Source: Pseudomonadota bacterium
GTDB taxonomy: Bacteria > Pseudomonadota > Gammaproteobacteria > Burkholderiales > Eutrophovitaceae
Length of the DNA: 64,000 bases
Assembly (NCBI GenBank): GCA_027624715.1
Contig: JAQBTV010000001.1
Span: forward strand, 139,752-203,751
Reading direction: 5' to 3'
Below the pieces are notes generated by a model. It did no database searches and was not told the DNA's origin. It saw only the letters and a list, made by a program, of their open reading frames with translations. Position numbers and translations under genes: made by a program. Below are positions 21,604 to 32,340 of this stretch, one piece after another; position 1 is the stretch's first letter; the number at the start of each line of letters is the position of its first letter.

Positions 21604-23019
21604 TTATCGATTAGCCGACTTTTTTTTATTTAGATAGATATCTCTGAAAGTCCGCCCCCTAGGAGCAGGTAAATCTCTATGTTGCGTCCAATCTTGACCA
21701 CCGAACAAACGCTTAATACGCCGCGAGTCTCCACCTAATACTTGTCCGGCGCGAGCAATAATTCTTGTTGCGACTGAATACAGTTTCGGTCGAAGCGCAA
21801 GGTACGCCCAAAACCTGAGCGACCATTTTTCCGTCGAAGACTTAAGATTTTTTTCATATTGCCTCTCCCTCAACTTTCTCATCAAGTCAGGCAAGGGGAT
21901 TTTCACTGGACAAACTACCCCACACTGATTACACAAAGTTGCCGCATTAGGCAAATCAATTGCATTTTCGATGCCATTATAGGCCGGAGTCAGCACTGAA
22001 CCAATCGGACCCGGGTAGACCCAACCATATGCATGACCACCAACATTTTGATACACAGGACAATGGTTCATACAAGCGCCGCAACGAATGCAACGCAACG
22101 CATCTCGAAGTTCTGATCCCAATACTCTCGTACGACCAACATCTAAAATAATTACATGAAACGCGCCGGGACCGTCGTTGTCCCCAGCTCGTTTGGGCCC
22201 AGTCGTCATTGACACGTAGTTACTGATCACTTGCCCAGTCGCTGATCTAGGTAGGAGCCGCATGATCAATGCAAAATCATCCAACGTAGGGATACATTTC
22301 TCAATACTACTTATCGCAACATGAACTCTGGGCATCGTCGTAGTCATACGACCATTGCCCTCATTGGTCACAATCACCGTGGATCCGGTCTCAGCAATCA
22401 TGAAGTTGGCGCCAGTGATCCCCATGTCGGCGTCTAAAAAATGTGGTCGTAGTATTTCTCTTGCCTCATGCGTTAATTTTTCCGCATCATCCAACCTTGG
22501 GCGCTTATGTTTTTCTGCAAATAAGTCAGCAACATCATCCTTAGATTTATGTGTTGCTGGTGCAATAATGTGAGAAGGATGTTCGCCAGCCTGTTGGATA
22601 ATGTACTCACCCAAATCCGTCTCTTTAACCTCGATGCCATAACTTCCAACATACTGATTTAACCCAGTCTCTTCACCGATCATCGATTTGGACTTAATAA
22701 TTTTTTTGACTTTATTATCTTGAGCAATCTTGACAACAAGCGCATTCAATTGTTCATAAGATTCAGCCCAATGGACGATAGTGCCCGCGGCTTGCGCCCG
22801 CTTTTCCCACTCCTCTAAGTAGAGATCCAAATGCGCCAGACAATGATCCCTCATATCGGCCGCAGCCTGACGTAATTCCTCAAAGTTATCCAACTCCGCA
22901 ACAACCTTTGCTCGAGAAACGACAAATCCGTCTTTCGCTTTATACAATGCCTTTTGTAACTTCACATCTTTGAGATTCGTACTCGAGACAGACTTGAATT
23001 GATGTGACGTTAGTTCCAT
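21604..23019 (-). CDS. lutB: Lactate utilization protein B (iron-sulfur, LUD domain)
   Basis: 471 aa; two ferredoxin-type Cys clusters (CIRCGACMNHCP, CNQCGVVCP). Confidence 0.85.
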   Translation of the reverse strand: MELTSHQFKSVSSTNLKDVKLQKALYKAKDGFVVSRAKVVAELDNFEELRQAAADMRDHCLAHLDLYLEEWEKRAQAAGTIVHWAESYEQLNALVVKIAQDNKVKKIIKSKSMIGEETGLNQYVGSYGIEVKETDLGEYIIQQAGEHPSHIIAPATHKSKDDVADLFAEKHKRPRLDDAEKLTHEAREILRPHFLDADMGITGANFMIAETGSTVIVTNEGNGRMTTTMPRVHVAISSIEKCIPTLDDFALIMRLLPRSATGQVISNYVSMTTGPKRAGDNDGPGAFHVIILDVGRTRVLGSELRDALRCIRCGACMNHCPVYQNVGGHAYGWVYPGPIGSVLTPAYNGIENAIDLPNAATLCNQCGVVCPVKIPLPDLMRKLRERQYEKNLKSSTEKWSLRFWAYLALRPKLYSVATRIIARAGQVLGGDSRRIKRLFGGQDWTQHRDLPAPRGRTFRDIYLNKKKSANR

Positions 23020-23036
23020 GAAAATATTTCCTAATG

Positions 23037-23777
23037 CTATTCGGTCTCTTCGCCAACTAAACCGGCAAGAATCTCGCCTATGTGAAGCACTTTCGTTTTA
23101 TGATTACCCCTCCGGCGCAGCTTACCCTCAATATTCATCATACAACCAAGATCACCGAGTACCAGAGCATCCACTTGAGTAGCCTCAAGATCATCACATT
23201 TGAGGTCAACTATTCTCGATGAAATATCGCCATACTTAACTGAAAATGTTCCTCCAAAACCACAACATTGTTCGGCACCAGCCATTTCCTTCAAATCGAC
23301 GTGAGGTAAATGCGCAAGTAACTTTCTGGGCTGTTCTTTAATATTGAGTTCTCTAAGGCCTGCGCACGAATCATGGTAAGTAATAGTCCCCTGGAATGTC
23401 GTATCGAACGACTCCATATCAACAACGTTTACCAAAAAGTCGGTTAATTCGTAGGTCCTAGCTGCCAACCATTGCGCTTTAACTCGGTACTCTGGCAGAT
23501 CTAGCAAGAGCTCTTCATAGTGGGTTTTAATCATCCCTCCACAAGATCCGGAAGGAATAACTACATAATCAACATCTGCAAACTCAGAGATCACTTTTCT
23601 AGCGAGCTGCTGCGCTGTTAGCCTATCCCCTGCGTTGTAAGCCGGTTGCCCACAACACGTTTGGCTTTCGGGGAATACCACCACACAATCGGCTCGCTCC
23701 AATAACTTCACGGCCGCCAAACCAATGCTTGGCCGCATCAGATCAGCCAAACAGGTGACGAATAATCCTACCCGCAT
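23037..23777 (-). CDS. lutA: Lactate utilization protein A ((Fe-S)-binding, CCG domains)
   Basis: 246 aa; MRVGLFVTC start and duplicated CCG motifs (TCCGQP, QCCGFGG). Confidence 0.85.
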   Translation of the reverse strand: MRVGLFVTCLADLMRPSIGLAAVKLLERADCVVVFPESQTCCGQPAYNAGDRLTAQQLARKVISEFADVDYVVIPSGSCGGMIKTHYEELLLDLPEYRVKAQWLAARTYELTDFLVNVVDMESFDTTFQGTITYHDSCAGLRELNIKEQPRKLLAHLPHVDLKEMAGAEQCCGFGGTFSVKYGDISSRIVDLKCDDLEATQVDALVLGDLGCMMNIEGKLRRRGNHKTKVLHIGEILAGLVGEETE

Positions 23778-23905
23778 GTTTGCTTACCTAAATTTAAATG
23801 ATTACCATCAAGCTCAAATACTGATTAAAGATTCCACTTAACGAGCAGAGATTCACGCAAAGTGTAGCACAATACCATCTAAATACTTGTCATAAGAAAT
23901 TCACT

Positions 23906-23939
23906 ACTCTATTGCTAACCGGTTGCTTAGCAATAGAGT
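23906..23939. promoter_or_regulatory. 13-8-13 perfect inverted repeat in the lutA / iclR divergent intergenic region (candidate operator)
   Basis: actctattgctaa-ccggttgc-ttagcaatagagt, read directly. Lies 52 nt upstream of the likely IclR ATG (23992). Confidence 0.45.
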
Positions 23940-23991
23940 TTCATCTATATTTTTGCAACGCAAAATAAACATTAACAATGTCACCGCAACG

Positions 23992-24759
23992 ATGCAAGAA
24001 ACAAATGTTAAAACATCCATTCAGGTAATTGACCGAATGATGAAACTAATTGACGTCCTGTCAAAGTCGGGTTACCCGATGAGTTTAAAAGAGTTGTCAC
24101 AACTCGCCAATCTTCACCCTTCTACGTCCCACCGAATCCTAAATGTGCTGGTACATTATCGCGTTATCGATAAAGTACAAATCGGGAGCTACCGGCTCGG
24201 TACACGCTTACTCGAACTGGGCAATATCCCTAAGACCCGGATTGATATCCGTAAGCAGGCGCTACCTTTCATGCAAGAGCTCCATCATCAACTTCAAGAG
24301 ACTGTCAATCTATCAATCCGTCAGGGCGATGAAATGGTCTATGTCGAGCGCTTAGCCGGAGATCACTTAGCAATTCGAGTCACTCACCTCATTGGCGCTA
24401 AAGCGCCTTTGCATGTCACCGCAGTTGGTAAGCTCTTTTTAATCGAAGACGGAGAAGACAAAACCTTAAACTATATCCAACGTAATGGACTTAAAGTCTT
24501 CACAAAAAATACAATTAAGGATTCCCGTATTTTGTTCACTGAGTTAGCAAAGATAAAAAAACAGGGCTATGCGTTTGACAATGAAGAAGCAGAAACGGGA
24601 CTCTCATGTATCGGCGCTGGAATTTACGACGAATCTGACGTACTAGTTGCCGGCTTATCTATTTCCACACCCTCGCATAGACTTAACCGTAGCTGGGGCA
24701 AGCGTGTAAAAGCAACAGCCGATGGAATCTCTGCAGCTCTAGGAAGTGCGCGCGCTTAA
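23992..24759 (+). CDS. IclR-family transcriptional regulator
   Basis: N-terminal wHTH (SIQVIDRMMKLIDVL...LKELSQLANLHPSTSHRIL) and C-terminal IclR effector domain. ATG at 23992 preferred over the tracked TTG at 23923, which lies inside the inverted repeat. Confidence 0.8.
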   Translation: MQETNVKTSIQVIDRMMKLIDVLSKSGYPMSLKELSQLANLHPSTSHRILNVLVHYRVIDKVQIGSYRLGTRLLELGNIPKTRIDIRKQALPFMQELHHQLQETVNLSIRQGDEMVYVERLAGDHLAIRVTHLIGAKAPLHVTAVGKLFLIEDGEDKTLNYIQRNGLKVFTKNTIKDSRILFTELAKIKKQGYAFDNEEAETGLSCIGAGIYDESDVLVAGLSISTPSHRLNRSWGKRVKATADGISAALGSARA

Positions 24760-24803
24760 CAACAGCAAACCGCATCTACAGCCTTATATCATTTCTTTTT
24801 CGT

Positions 24804-25652
24804 TCACTCCATCCAACGGCGAACTCGTTCAGCGTCGCCTAAAGCCGTCAACTTACCCCAAGAATCTAGCAAGACCATAATTACTGGTTTATTGAGAATC
24901 GTCGTTTGCATGACTAAACAACGCCCCGACTCCAGGATATACCCGGTTTTAGATAGCCCGATGTCCCATATCGCACTCCGTACTAAACGATTCGAATTGA
25001 CATATTCGCGCATGACAGGTCGCGCACCTATTTTTGCTCGAAGTTGAAACAACGAGGTGGTCGTATACAACCGGATCAGCGGATACTCATATGCGGCAAC
25101 CACCATCTTCACAAGATCCAAACCACTGGACACATTCCCCGGACGCAAACCAGTGGAATCAATGAAAACTGTTTGATTCATTCCTAGTGATTTAGCCTTT
25201 TTATTCATAGCCTGCACAAAAGCCTTTTCCCCACCCGGAAATAATCGAGATAATGCGGCTGAAGCTCGATTTTCCGAGGCCATTAAAGCTAACTTCAACA
25301 CCTCAGCTCTTAATAAAGTCGTACCGACACTTAGTCCCGAATATGACTTTTTATAACGATCAATATCTGCCTTAGTAATCGTTATAGATTCGAGTAGAGG
25401 AACGCCCGAATCAATAATGACCATTGCTGTCATCAACTTGGTAACTGATGCAATTGGTGCTACATCAGAACCATTTTTTTCAAAGATGACCTCTCCATTA
25501 CTTTGATCTACGACGATAGCAACTCTCGACTCAAGATATGGGCCAGCATCACTTCTGGCCTCTACGCCGATGTCATACAACAGTATTAAGGCTGCTAAAA
25601 AAATCAGCAGAGCCACGGATAAGACAGTTTTCGTTATGCTTTTAAAATACAT
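24804..25652 (-). CDS. D-alanyl-D-alanine endopeptidase/carboxypeptidase (S11 family, PbpG-like)
   Basis: Signal/anchor sequence plus SxxK (SVTK), SxN (SEN) and KTG (SKTGY) motifs. Confidence 0.75.
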   Translation of the reverse strand: MYFKSITKTVLSVALLIFLAALILLYDIGVEARSDAGPYLESRVAIVVDQSNGEVIFEKNGSDVAPIASVTKLMTAMVIIDSGVPLLESITITKADIDRYKKSYSGLSVGTTLLRAEVLKLALMASENRASAALSRLFPGGEKAFVQAMNKKAKSLGMNQTVFIDSTGLRPGNVSSGLDLVKMVVAAYEYPLIRLYTTTSLFQLRAKIGARPVMREYVNSNRLVRSAIWDIGLSKTGYILESGRCLVMQTTILNKPVIMVLLDSWGKLTALGDAERVRRWME

Positions 25653-25709
25653 AAAAATTTAAATCAATATCTAATACAAAAATTATAAATACATTTCAAC
25701 ATATTAGCC

Positions 25710-27467
25710 TTAAGTCTCTAGTTGCGATTTACTTTGCTGAAGATGCCATATGTAACTGTACTTCCCGGATTTCTTAAGCAGCTCGAGGTGCGACCCTCTC
25801 TCTATAATTCTTCCGGCATCCAAAACAATAATCTGATGCGCATGAACGATCGTAGATAGGCGGTGCGCAATGACCAAAGTCGTTCTATTTTTTGATACCC
25901 CATCCAAAGCCAGCTGAATTAATCGCTCACTCCCCGAGTCTAACGAGGATGTCGCTTCGTCGAAAATCATAATCGATGGATTCTTAAGAATAGCTCGCGC
26001 TATGGATATCCGTTGCTTCTCACCGCCAGACACCTTTAGACCCCGTTCCCCAACGTTTGTCTCAAAACCTTCTGGAAGATCCTTAACAAAGCTCTCAAGC
26101 TGCGCCAGGCGCACTACCCGATCTAAGTCTCCTTTGGAACATAGTGGCTCTCCATACTTGATGTTGAAGCCCAAAGTGTCGTTAAAAAGAACTGTATCTT
26201 GAGGTACCACGCCGATGGCTCTCCTATAGCTGTCTTGAAGATAATCTCGAACATCTATGCCATCTATCAGAATCTCGCCATCGCAAACATCGTAGAGCCG
26301 AAACAACAATCTGGATAACGTAGTTTTTCCCGATCCGCTCTCACCAACGATCGCTACTGTCTTTCCGTTGGGTACGACAAAACTGACGTGAGATAATGTT
26401 TCACGCCTCCCATCATACGAGAATGAAATATTTTTAAATTCGATGGTAGGGCTAGAGGACTCAAATGGAATTGCTCCAGGTCGATCCACGATATCTCGCA
26501 CAATATCCAACAACGAGAACATCTTATGCATATCAATAAAAGACTGTTTTATTTCCCGATAGACCATGCCCATGGAGTTGAGTGGAATATATAGTTGAAT
26601 CAAAAGCCCATTCACCAAAACCAAATCGCCAATCGTCATTTTTTGAGCAATAACTCCTTGGGAGGTTAGTATCATCAACGCCGTAACTGCTAAGGCTATG
26701 ATGATACTTTGCCCTATATTGAGAAGCCCGAGCGAGGTCCCAGTTTTAACATCAGCCCCTTCATACTCACGTAAGAAAGTGTCGTATCTTTTCGCTTCGT
26801 AATCCTCATTATTAAAATACTTAACCGTTTCATAATTGAGAAGGGTATCGACTGCGTGGGAATTCGATCGTGTATCCCATTCATTAGCTTCACGGCGAAT
26901 GCCTATCCGCCATTCGGACACGAGAAAGGTGTACAGCAAATAGAAAATTACTGCTGAAAAAGTAATCGCTGCAAACCGCCAGTCAAAACGATCTATCAAA
27001 ATAGCCGCAACAAAACCAAACTCGAGTATCACGGGAATAATCGAGAATAATGTATACGTCAACAAAGTGGAAATGCCGCGCGTCCCTCTTTCTATCTCAC
27101 GCGTAATTCCCCCAGTTTGTCGCCCAAGATGAAATTTAAGACTCAGATCATGAAGATGCCGAAATACCTTTAGCGCTATTTTTCTTGTTGCACGACTAGT
27201 CACTTTGACAAAAACCACATCACGCAACGCAGCAAATACCACGGCGCACATCCTTAACGCACCGTAACTAAGTAGCAGCGCAAAAGGAAGGAAAATAACC
27301 TGGCTCTGTGAGGAGAGCGAATCAACTACCTCTTTGAGCACAAGAGGCACCGACACATTGGCCACTTTGGCAAGGGTCAGAAATGCAAGAGCGATGATTA
27401 CACGAAATTTAAAATCCAAGACGTACGGCGCCAGAGACTTCAGAGTCAACCAATTAGTTTTTGTCAC
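25710..27467 (-). CDS. ABC transporter, fused permease/ATPase (ATM1/heavy-metal-tolerance-like exporter)
   Basis: 585 aa; N-terminal 6-TM domain, Walker A GESGSGKTT, signature VSGGEKQR, Walker B IMIFDEATS. Confidence 0.8.
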   Translation of the reverse strand: MTKTNWLTLKSLAPYVLDFKFRVIIALAFLTLAKVANVSVPLVLKEVVDSLSSQSQVIFLPFALLLSYGALRMCAVVFAALRDVVFVKVTSRATRKIALKVFRHLHDLSLKFHLGRQTGGITREIERGTRGISTLLTYTLFSIIPVILEFGFVAAILIDRFDWRFAAITFSAVIFYLLYTFLVSEWRIGIRREANEWDTRSNSHAVDTLLNYETVKYFNNEDYEAKRYDTFLREYEGADVKTGTSLGLLNIGQSIIIALAVTALMILTSQGVIAQKMTIGDLVLVNGLLIQLYIPLNSMGMVYREIKQSFIDMHKMFSLLDIVRDIVDRPGAIPFESSSPTIEFKNISFSYDGRRETLSHVSFVVPNGKTVAIVGESGSGKTTLSRLLFRLYDVCDGEILIDGIDVRDYLQDSYRRAIGVVPQDTVLFNDTLGFNIKYGEPLCSKGDLDRVVRLAQLESFVKDLPEGFETNVGERGLKVSGGEKQRISIARAILKNPSIMIFDEATSSLDSGSERLIQLALDGVSKNRTTLVIAHRLSTIVHAHQIIVLDAGRIIERGSHLELLKKSGKYSYIWHLQQSKSQLET

Positions 27468-27529
27468 CCCTTAAGATCCCAAGAGTAACCCTTACTCATC
27501 CAACAACAGGTAGTCACCCTTATAAGAAA

Positions 27530-28639
27530 CTAAGAAATTGACAACATTCGGTCAAGAGCAACTCGCGCCATATCCTTATCCGACTCAGGAACACAAATTT
27601 GATTCACCAGTGTGCCGTCAAGCAAATTCTCAACTTGCCAGGCCAAATGTTGAGGGTCGATACGATTCATCGTAGAACACATACACACAAGTGGTGACAT
27701 AAACTCAACTACCTTGCCTTCTGGTCTAAATTCTTCAGCGATTCGATTTACCAAATTTAATTCAGTACCAACCAGCCAATGCGTATTGGGCTTAGCGGCC
27801 GCAATAGTCTGAACGATATATTCTGTCGAGCCAACAAAGTCAGATTGCTCACAAACCTCGAACCGGCACTCTGGATGCGAAATAACATGGCCTTCTGGAT
27901 GTTTTTCACGAAACCGTACAATGTGCTCCGGCTGGAACATCTGATGAACCGAGCAATGCCCCTTCCACAAGAGTATTTTTGCTTGCTTAATTTCTTCTTC
28001 AGTGAGCCCGCCCATCCACAAATCTGGATCCCAAACCTTCATATCGATCTCATTGATTAAGCCTAGCTGATGTCCAGACCAACGGCCTAAATGCTGATCT
28101 GGGAAAAACAAGATTTTTTCTCGCTGTCCCAACCCCCAAGTAACGATCTGGGACGCATTCGATGACGTGCACACAATGCCATCGTGCTCCCCACAGAACG
28201 CTTTGAGATCTGCTGCTGAATTAATGTAAGTAACCGGCGTCACCGACATGTCTTCGCCGAGAACGGACTTGATCTCAGTCCATGCTCGATTAACTTTAGA
28301 CAAATTAGCCATATCAGCCATTGAACAACCCGCAGCCAAATCAGGAAGCAATGCCTTTTGATTTCGCTTAGACATAATGTCGGCCACTTCAGCCATAAAA
28401 TGAACACCACAAAAAATAATGTGTTCTGAATTTGTTTGTGATGCCAGCTTCGAAAGCTTCAAAGAATCCCCTTTCAAATCGGCATGTTGATATACATCCG
28501 CCCTTTGATAATGATGGCCGAGAATAACTAAATCATCTCCAAGGCTAGCCTTAGCTCTTTTGATAAGCCTATGACATTCATCATCTGAACGATCACGATA
28601 ATCCAAAAAATCTCTACTCGTTACTAATTCCATGGCCAC
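27530..28639 (-). CDS. nadA: Quinolinate synthase
   Basis: 369 aa; NadA-type sequence with conserved Cys/His segments (FCGVHFMAE, KGHCSVHQ, SHPEC). Confidence 0.9.
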   Translation of the reverse strand: MAMELVTSRDFLDYRDRSDDECHRLIKRAKASLGDDLVILGHHYQRADVYQHADLKGDSLKLSKLASQTNSEHIIFCGVHFMAEVADIMSKRNQKALLPDLAAGCSMADMANLSKVNRAWTEIKSVLGEDMSVTPVTYINSAADLKAFCGEHDGIVCTSSNASQIVTWGLGQREKILFFPDQHLGRWSGHQLGLINEIDMKVWDPDLWMGGLTEEEIKQAKILLWKGHCSVHQMFQPEHIVRFREKHPEGHVISHPECRFEVCEQSDFVGSTEYIVQTIAAAKPNTHWLVGTELNLVNRIAEEFRPEGKVVEFMSPLVCMCSTMNRIDPQHLAWQVENLLDGTLVNQICVPESDKDMARVALDRMLSIS

Positions 28640-28750
28640 CTTAATTTCCCCAACAAAAATCTAAATTAGTCAATGCAGCGCCGCAGACATTAACCCCTCC
28701 AAATACTATCACTACAAAGTTTACATGAGATGTCTTTTAATGCAGCAAAC

Positions 28751-29224
28751 TCAGCGCAAACTCAAATGTGACTTCAGCAAAAATCGTAACGCATCAGCAT
28801 TAGTCCAAGAAAAAACTCGACCAATAGCATCTTCAATCTGAAACCAACCAAACTGAGTGTGCTCACGCTGGGATATTTTAATGGATACCCGCTCTGGGAC
28901 ACGTACGCCGAACACGTGTTCCATATTATGAGTAACCCCTGGAGCATAACGACCACGCCAATGCTTAAAGATTTCAAACTCGTTGAAAATCTTCCAATCA
29001 GCCAAAGGAAATTCAGATGCGTTAATACCCGTTTCCTCATACAGCTCTCGAACTGCAGTTTGATGCAAAGACTCGTTTAATTCACTACTCCCTGTTACCG
29101 ATTGCCAAAAACCATCTCGGTCTGCCCGTTCAAGTAACAGGATCTCTAAGTCCTCAGTATAGACAACCACTAAAACCGATACCGGGATCTTGTATGACTG
29201 GCTCCGCCTCTCCTCATGCAACAT
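28751..29224 (-). CDS. nudB: Nudix hydrolase, dihydroneopterin triphosphate diphosphatase-like
   Basis: 157 aa; Nudix box GSSELNESLHQTAVRELYEETGI; located immediately downstream of aspS, as nudB commonly is. Confidence 0.7.
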   Translation of the reverse strand: MLHEERRSQSYKIPVSVLVVVYTEDLEILLLERADRDGFWQSVTGSSELNESLHQTAVRELYEETGINASEFPLADWKIFNEFEIFKHWRGRYAPGVTHNMEHVFGVRVPERVSIKISQREHTQFGWFQIEDAIGRVFSWTNADALRFLLKSHLSLR

Positions 29225-29233
29225 GATGCGAGT

Positions 29234-31033
29234 TTAATCGTCTTTGTTATTTCTTGTCTCAGCCTTCGTGGCACCACTAAGACGAATATGTAGCTCACGT
29301 AACTGCGCATCGGTGACCGCAGAAGGCGCCCCCGTCAACAAGTCCTGTCCGCGCTGCGTTTTAGGGAATGCAATAACATCCCTAATCGATGTGGCCCCGC
29401 ACATGAGCGTAACGATCCGATCTAGTCCAAAAGCTATACCGCCATGGGGGGGAGCGCCCCACTTAAGACTGTCTAATAGAAATCCGAACTTCGCTCGCTG
29501 GTCCTCCGGAGTAATCTTTAATGAACGGAAAACTTTCTCTTGCAATTCGGGCTGATGGATACGCACCGAACCGCCCCCAATCTCCCAACCATTCAAGACC
29601 ATATCGTAGGCTTTTGCATAAGCCGCACCCGGATTCGTCTCAATGTGCACATCATGTCCATCTTTAGGTGACGTAAATGGATGATGCCGAGCAACCCATT
29701 GGTTGGACTGTTCGTCGTACTCAAACATGGGAAAATCAACTACCCAAAGCGGTTTCCATCCCGGCTCAATCAAACCAAGGTCTCGCCCCAATTTTTCACG
29801 AAGAGCACCCAACGCATCGTTAACAATCCTACCCTTGTCCGCGCCAAAGAAAATGATATCGCCGCTTACTGCACCAGAGAGCTCAATTACTTTTAACACG
29901 ACCTCCTCTGCGAGAAACTTAATAATAGGGGATTGCAACCCACCAATACCTCCAGTCACATCATTAACTTTGACATATGCCAACCCTTTAGCACCATAGA
30001 TCGCAACAAAATTTGTGTAATCATCAATCTGCTTCCGACTGATCTCTCCCCCTCCCGGAACTCTCAACGCAACTACCCGCCCATCCACGAGATCGGCTGC
30101 TGACCTAAATACTTTAAATTCCTCCACCTTCATTAACTCGGTAATATCCGTAAACTTAAGTGGGATTCTTAGATCAGGTTTATCGCTGCCGTACAGCCGC
30201 ATCACCTCATCGTAACGCATCACTGGGAACGCATCAGGCAGATCAACCTCAAGAGTGTTTTTGAAACAGCCTCTAATCATGTCCTCCATGATCTTTCTGA
30301 TCTCGAACTCATCAAGAAATGAAGTTTCAATATCAATCTGCGTAAACTCAGGCTGACGATCTGCCCGCAAATCCTCGTCACGGAAACATTTAACAATTTG
30401 GTAGTAACGATCAAACCCAGCGACCATCAACATTTGCTTGAATAGCTGAGGTGACTGCGGCAACGCATAAAACTCTCCATCGTGCATACGCGATGGCACA
30501 AGAAATTCACGAGCACCCTCTGGTGTCGATTTATATAAAACCGGCGTCTCTACGGCAATAAACCCATTTCGGTCTAGATAATCTCTAAAGTATTTAGAGA
30601 CGAGAGCCCGTAGCCTCAGATTCGCTTGCATTTGAGGACGGCGTAAATCAAAAACTCTGTTCTCCAATCGAACTATCTCCGATGGCTCTTCTTCGTCAAT
30701 GGCAAAAGGAGGCGTCTCTGATGCGTTAAGGATTTCAATATCATTCGCCAAAACCTCTATCTCGCCGCTCTTTAAGGAGGAATTCACCGTGCCGTCTGGC
30801 CGGCATCGCACTCGCCCTTTTATCCGCAAAACGTATTCGCTTCGGGCCCGATCACTGACCGCAAAAGCTTGTTCATTATCAGGATCTGATACTACTTGAA
30901 CAATACCCTCTCGATCACGCAGATCAATAAAAATAACACCACCGTGATCCCTTCGACGATGAACCCATCCGAATAAATGAACCTCTTGGTCCAAATAACT
31001 TGAGTCAATTAACCCACAATAATTTGTTCGCAT
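29234..31033 (-). CDS. aspS: Aspartate--tRNA ligase
   Basis: 599 aa; MRTNYCG start, OB-fold N-domain, class II motifs ([25 protein letters not shown]). Confidence 0.95.
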   Translation of the reverse strand: MRTNYCGLIDSSYLDQEVHLFGWVHRRRDHGGVIFIDLRDREGIVQVVSDPDNEQAFAVSDRARSEYVLRIKGRVRCRPDGTVNSSLKSGEIEVLANDIEILNASETPPFAIDEEEPSEIVRLENRVFDLRRPQMQANLRLRALVSKYFRDYLDRNGFIAVETPVLYKSTPEGAREFLVPSRMHDGEFYALPQSPQLFKQMLMVAGFDRYYQIVKCFRDEDLRADRQPEFTQIDIETSFLDEFEIRKIMEDMIRGCFKNTLEVDLPDAFPVMRYDEVMRLYGSDKPDLRIPLKFTDITELMKVEEFKVFRSAADLVDGRVVALRVPGGGEISRKQIDDYTNFVAIYGAKGLAYVKVNDVTGGIGGLQSPIIKFLAEEVVLKVIELSGAVSGDIIFFGADKGRIVNDALGALREKLGRDLGLIEPGWKPLWVVDFPMFEYDEQSNQWVARHHPFTSPKDGHDVHIETNPGAAYAKAYDMVLNGWEIGGGSVRIHQPELQEKVFRSLKITPEDQRAKFGFLLDSLKWGAPPHGGIAFGLDRIVTLMCGATSIRDVIAFPKTQRGQDLLTGAPSAVTDAQLRELHIRLSGATKAETRNNKDD

Positions 31034-31113
31034 TGCTATTAGTTTCCGTTATTTTTAAGCAGTATCGTTACAACATCATTCGGGCCAGTAGGTATGGAAA
31101 ATTGTGACAACTC

Positions 31114-31428
31114 TCAATCACCGCTGCCCACTGAAGACTCTTTAATTGATTTATTTTCATTCGTATTCTTTGCATCAGAGACACTCGGACTGGCCTTACT
31201 GTCACCGTCGGAAACAGGAGAGCTTTTCGTCGCTGCTGGTTCTTTTTTATCTCTAAAGTCAGTCACATACCAACCAGCGCCCTTCAGCTGAAAGCCCGCA
31301 GCGGTTACCATTTTTTCCAGCGATGGCGCACCACATTTAGGACAATCGACCAAAAGGTCCTCAGAGATTTTTTGAAGTGCCTCATGCTTATTACCACATG
31401 AGGAACACAGATATTCATAGATGGGCAT
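31114..31428 (-). CDS. FmdB-family zinc-ribbon protein
   Basis: MPIYEYLCSSCG...CPKCG zinc-ribbon N-terminus, then a low-complexity acidic/Ser-rich tail. Confidence 0.75.
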   Translation of the reverse strand: MPIYEYLCSSCGNKHEALQKISEDLLVDCPKCGAPSLEKMVTAAGFQLKGAGWYVTDFRDKKEPAATKSSPVSDGDSKASPSVSDAKNTNENKSIKESSVGSGD

Positions 31429-31571
31429 TAGCGAGCCTTATTTAATAGGAATTAGTATATCGCACAAACTGAGATTTCATCTAAAATTGGGCCCTAGAAT
31501 AACGCCAATAGTTAATTACGACCTCTAAATAGATCAGACTTCCACATACGGGCATCTCGTATAATGTAGCC

Positions 31572-32324
31572 ATGCTTGAAAACCGATCATTCGCAGCAGG
31601 ACAAAAGGTCATCAGTCAGAGAACTGGAGGAGTTATAGCTCCAGAAAATTCACTAGCTGGCATTAAACATGCGAGAAATCTTGGGTTTCAAAATATTCAT
31701 TTTGATGTTCGCTTAACGGCGGATGGTATACCCATTCTCCTGACTAATGAGTCATTTGACCCATCAACCGGTGTATCTGGACTGGCGAGTGAAGTATTTT
31801 TTGATCAAATTAATGGATTAGATATTGGCAGTGATTACGGCAACGAATACATTGGGGAGAAGTTACCCACGCTTTATCAAGCACTTTCAACCTGTACTGA
31901 ATTGGAAATACGGCCGGTAATCGAATTAAAACCAAGCTCTGCCCAAGAACGAGTCATTGCAGAAATTAGCGTCGATATCCTAAAAACAGTCAATCATGAA
32001 AAAAAACTCTTCCCTTTGTTCGCATCTGAGAACACCGTGACGTTAACCACGTTAATGGACATTGCTCCAGACATATTCAGAGGCCTCATCTGGAATAACG
32101 AATTACCTCAAGAGGCAAGCAGGTATGACAAACTAATGTGCCATTGCGTTTTTATCCCGCAGCAACTAATTACTCCGCAACTTGTCGACACACTGCACCG
32201 AAAAAAACATTCAGTGATTGCAACTAACGTTAACGATAGTATTGAAGCAATTACTGTTATTGAGCATAAAGTCGACGCGCTGGTGACAGCACAAATAGAT
32301 GCTATCGGGCCGTACTTCTTTTAA
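31572..32324 (+). CDS. Glycerophosphodiester phosphodiesterase (GDPD)-family protein with apparently substituted catalytic motifs
   Basis: 250 aa; GDPD-like APENSLAGI segment and overall collinearity with my memory of UgpQ. The HRG, ExD and HD positions read QRTG, HFD and TN. Confidence 0.55.
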   Translation: MLENRSFAAGQKVISQRTGGVIAPENSLAGIKHARNLGFQNIHFDVRLTADGIPILLTNESFDPSTGVSGLASEVFFDQINGLDIGSDYGNEYIGEKLPTLYQALSTCTELEIRPVIELKPSSAQERVIAEISVDILKTVNHEKKLFPLFASENTVTLTTLMDIAPDIFRGLIWNNELPQEASRYDKLMCHCVFIPQQLITPQLVDTLHRKKHSVIATNVNDSIEAITVIEHKVDALVTAQIDAIGPYFF

Positions 32325-32340
32325 AAAAATACAACTGCTC

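Noticed and set aside
31559-31564. TATAAT 7 nt upstream of the GDPD-family ATG as evidence for a leaderless mRNA.
   Set aside because: There is no acceptable -35 element at 16-18 nt spacing. A single hexamer in AT-rich DNA is not sufficient.
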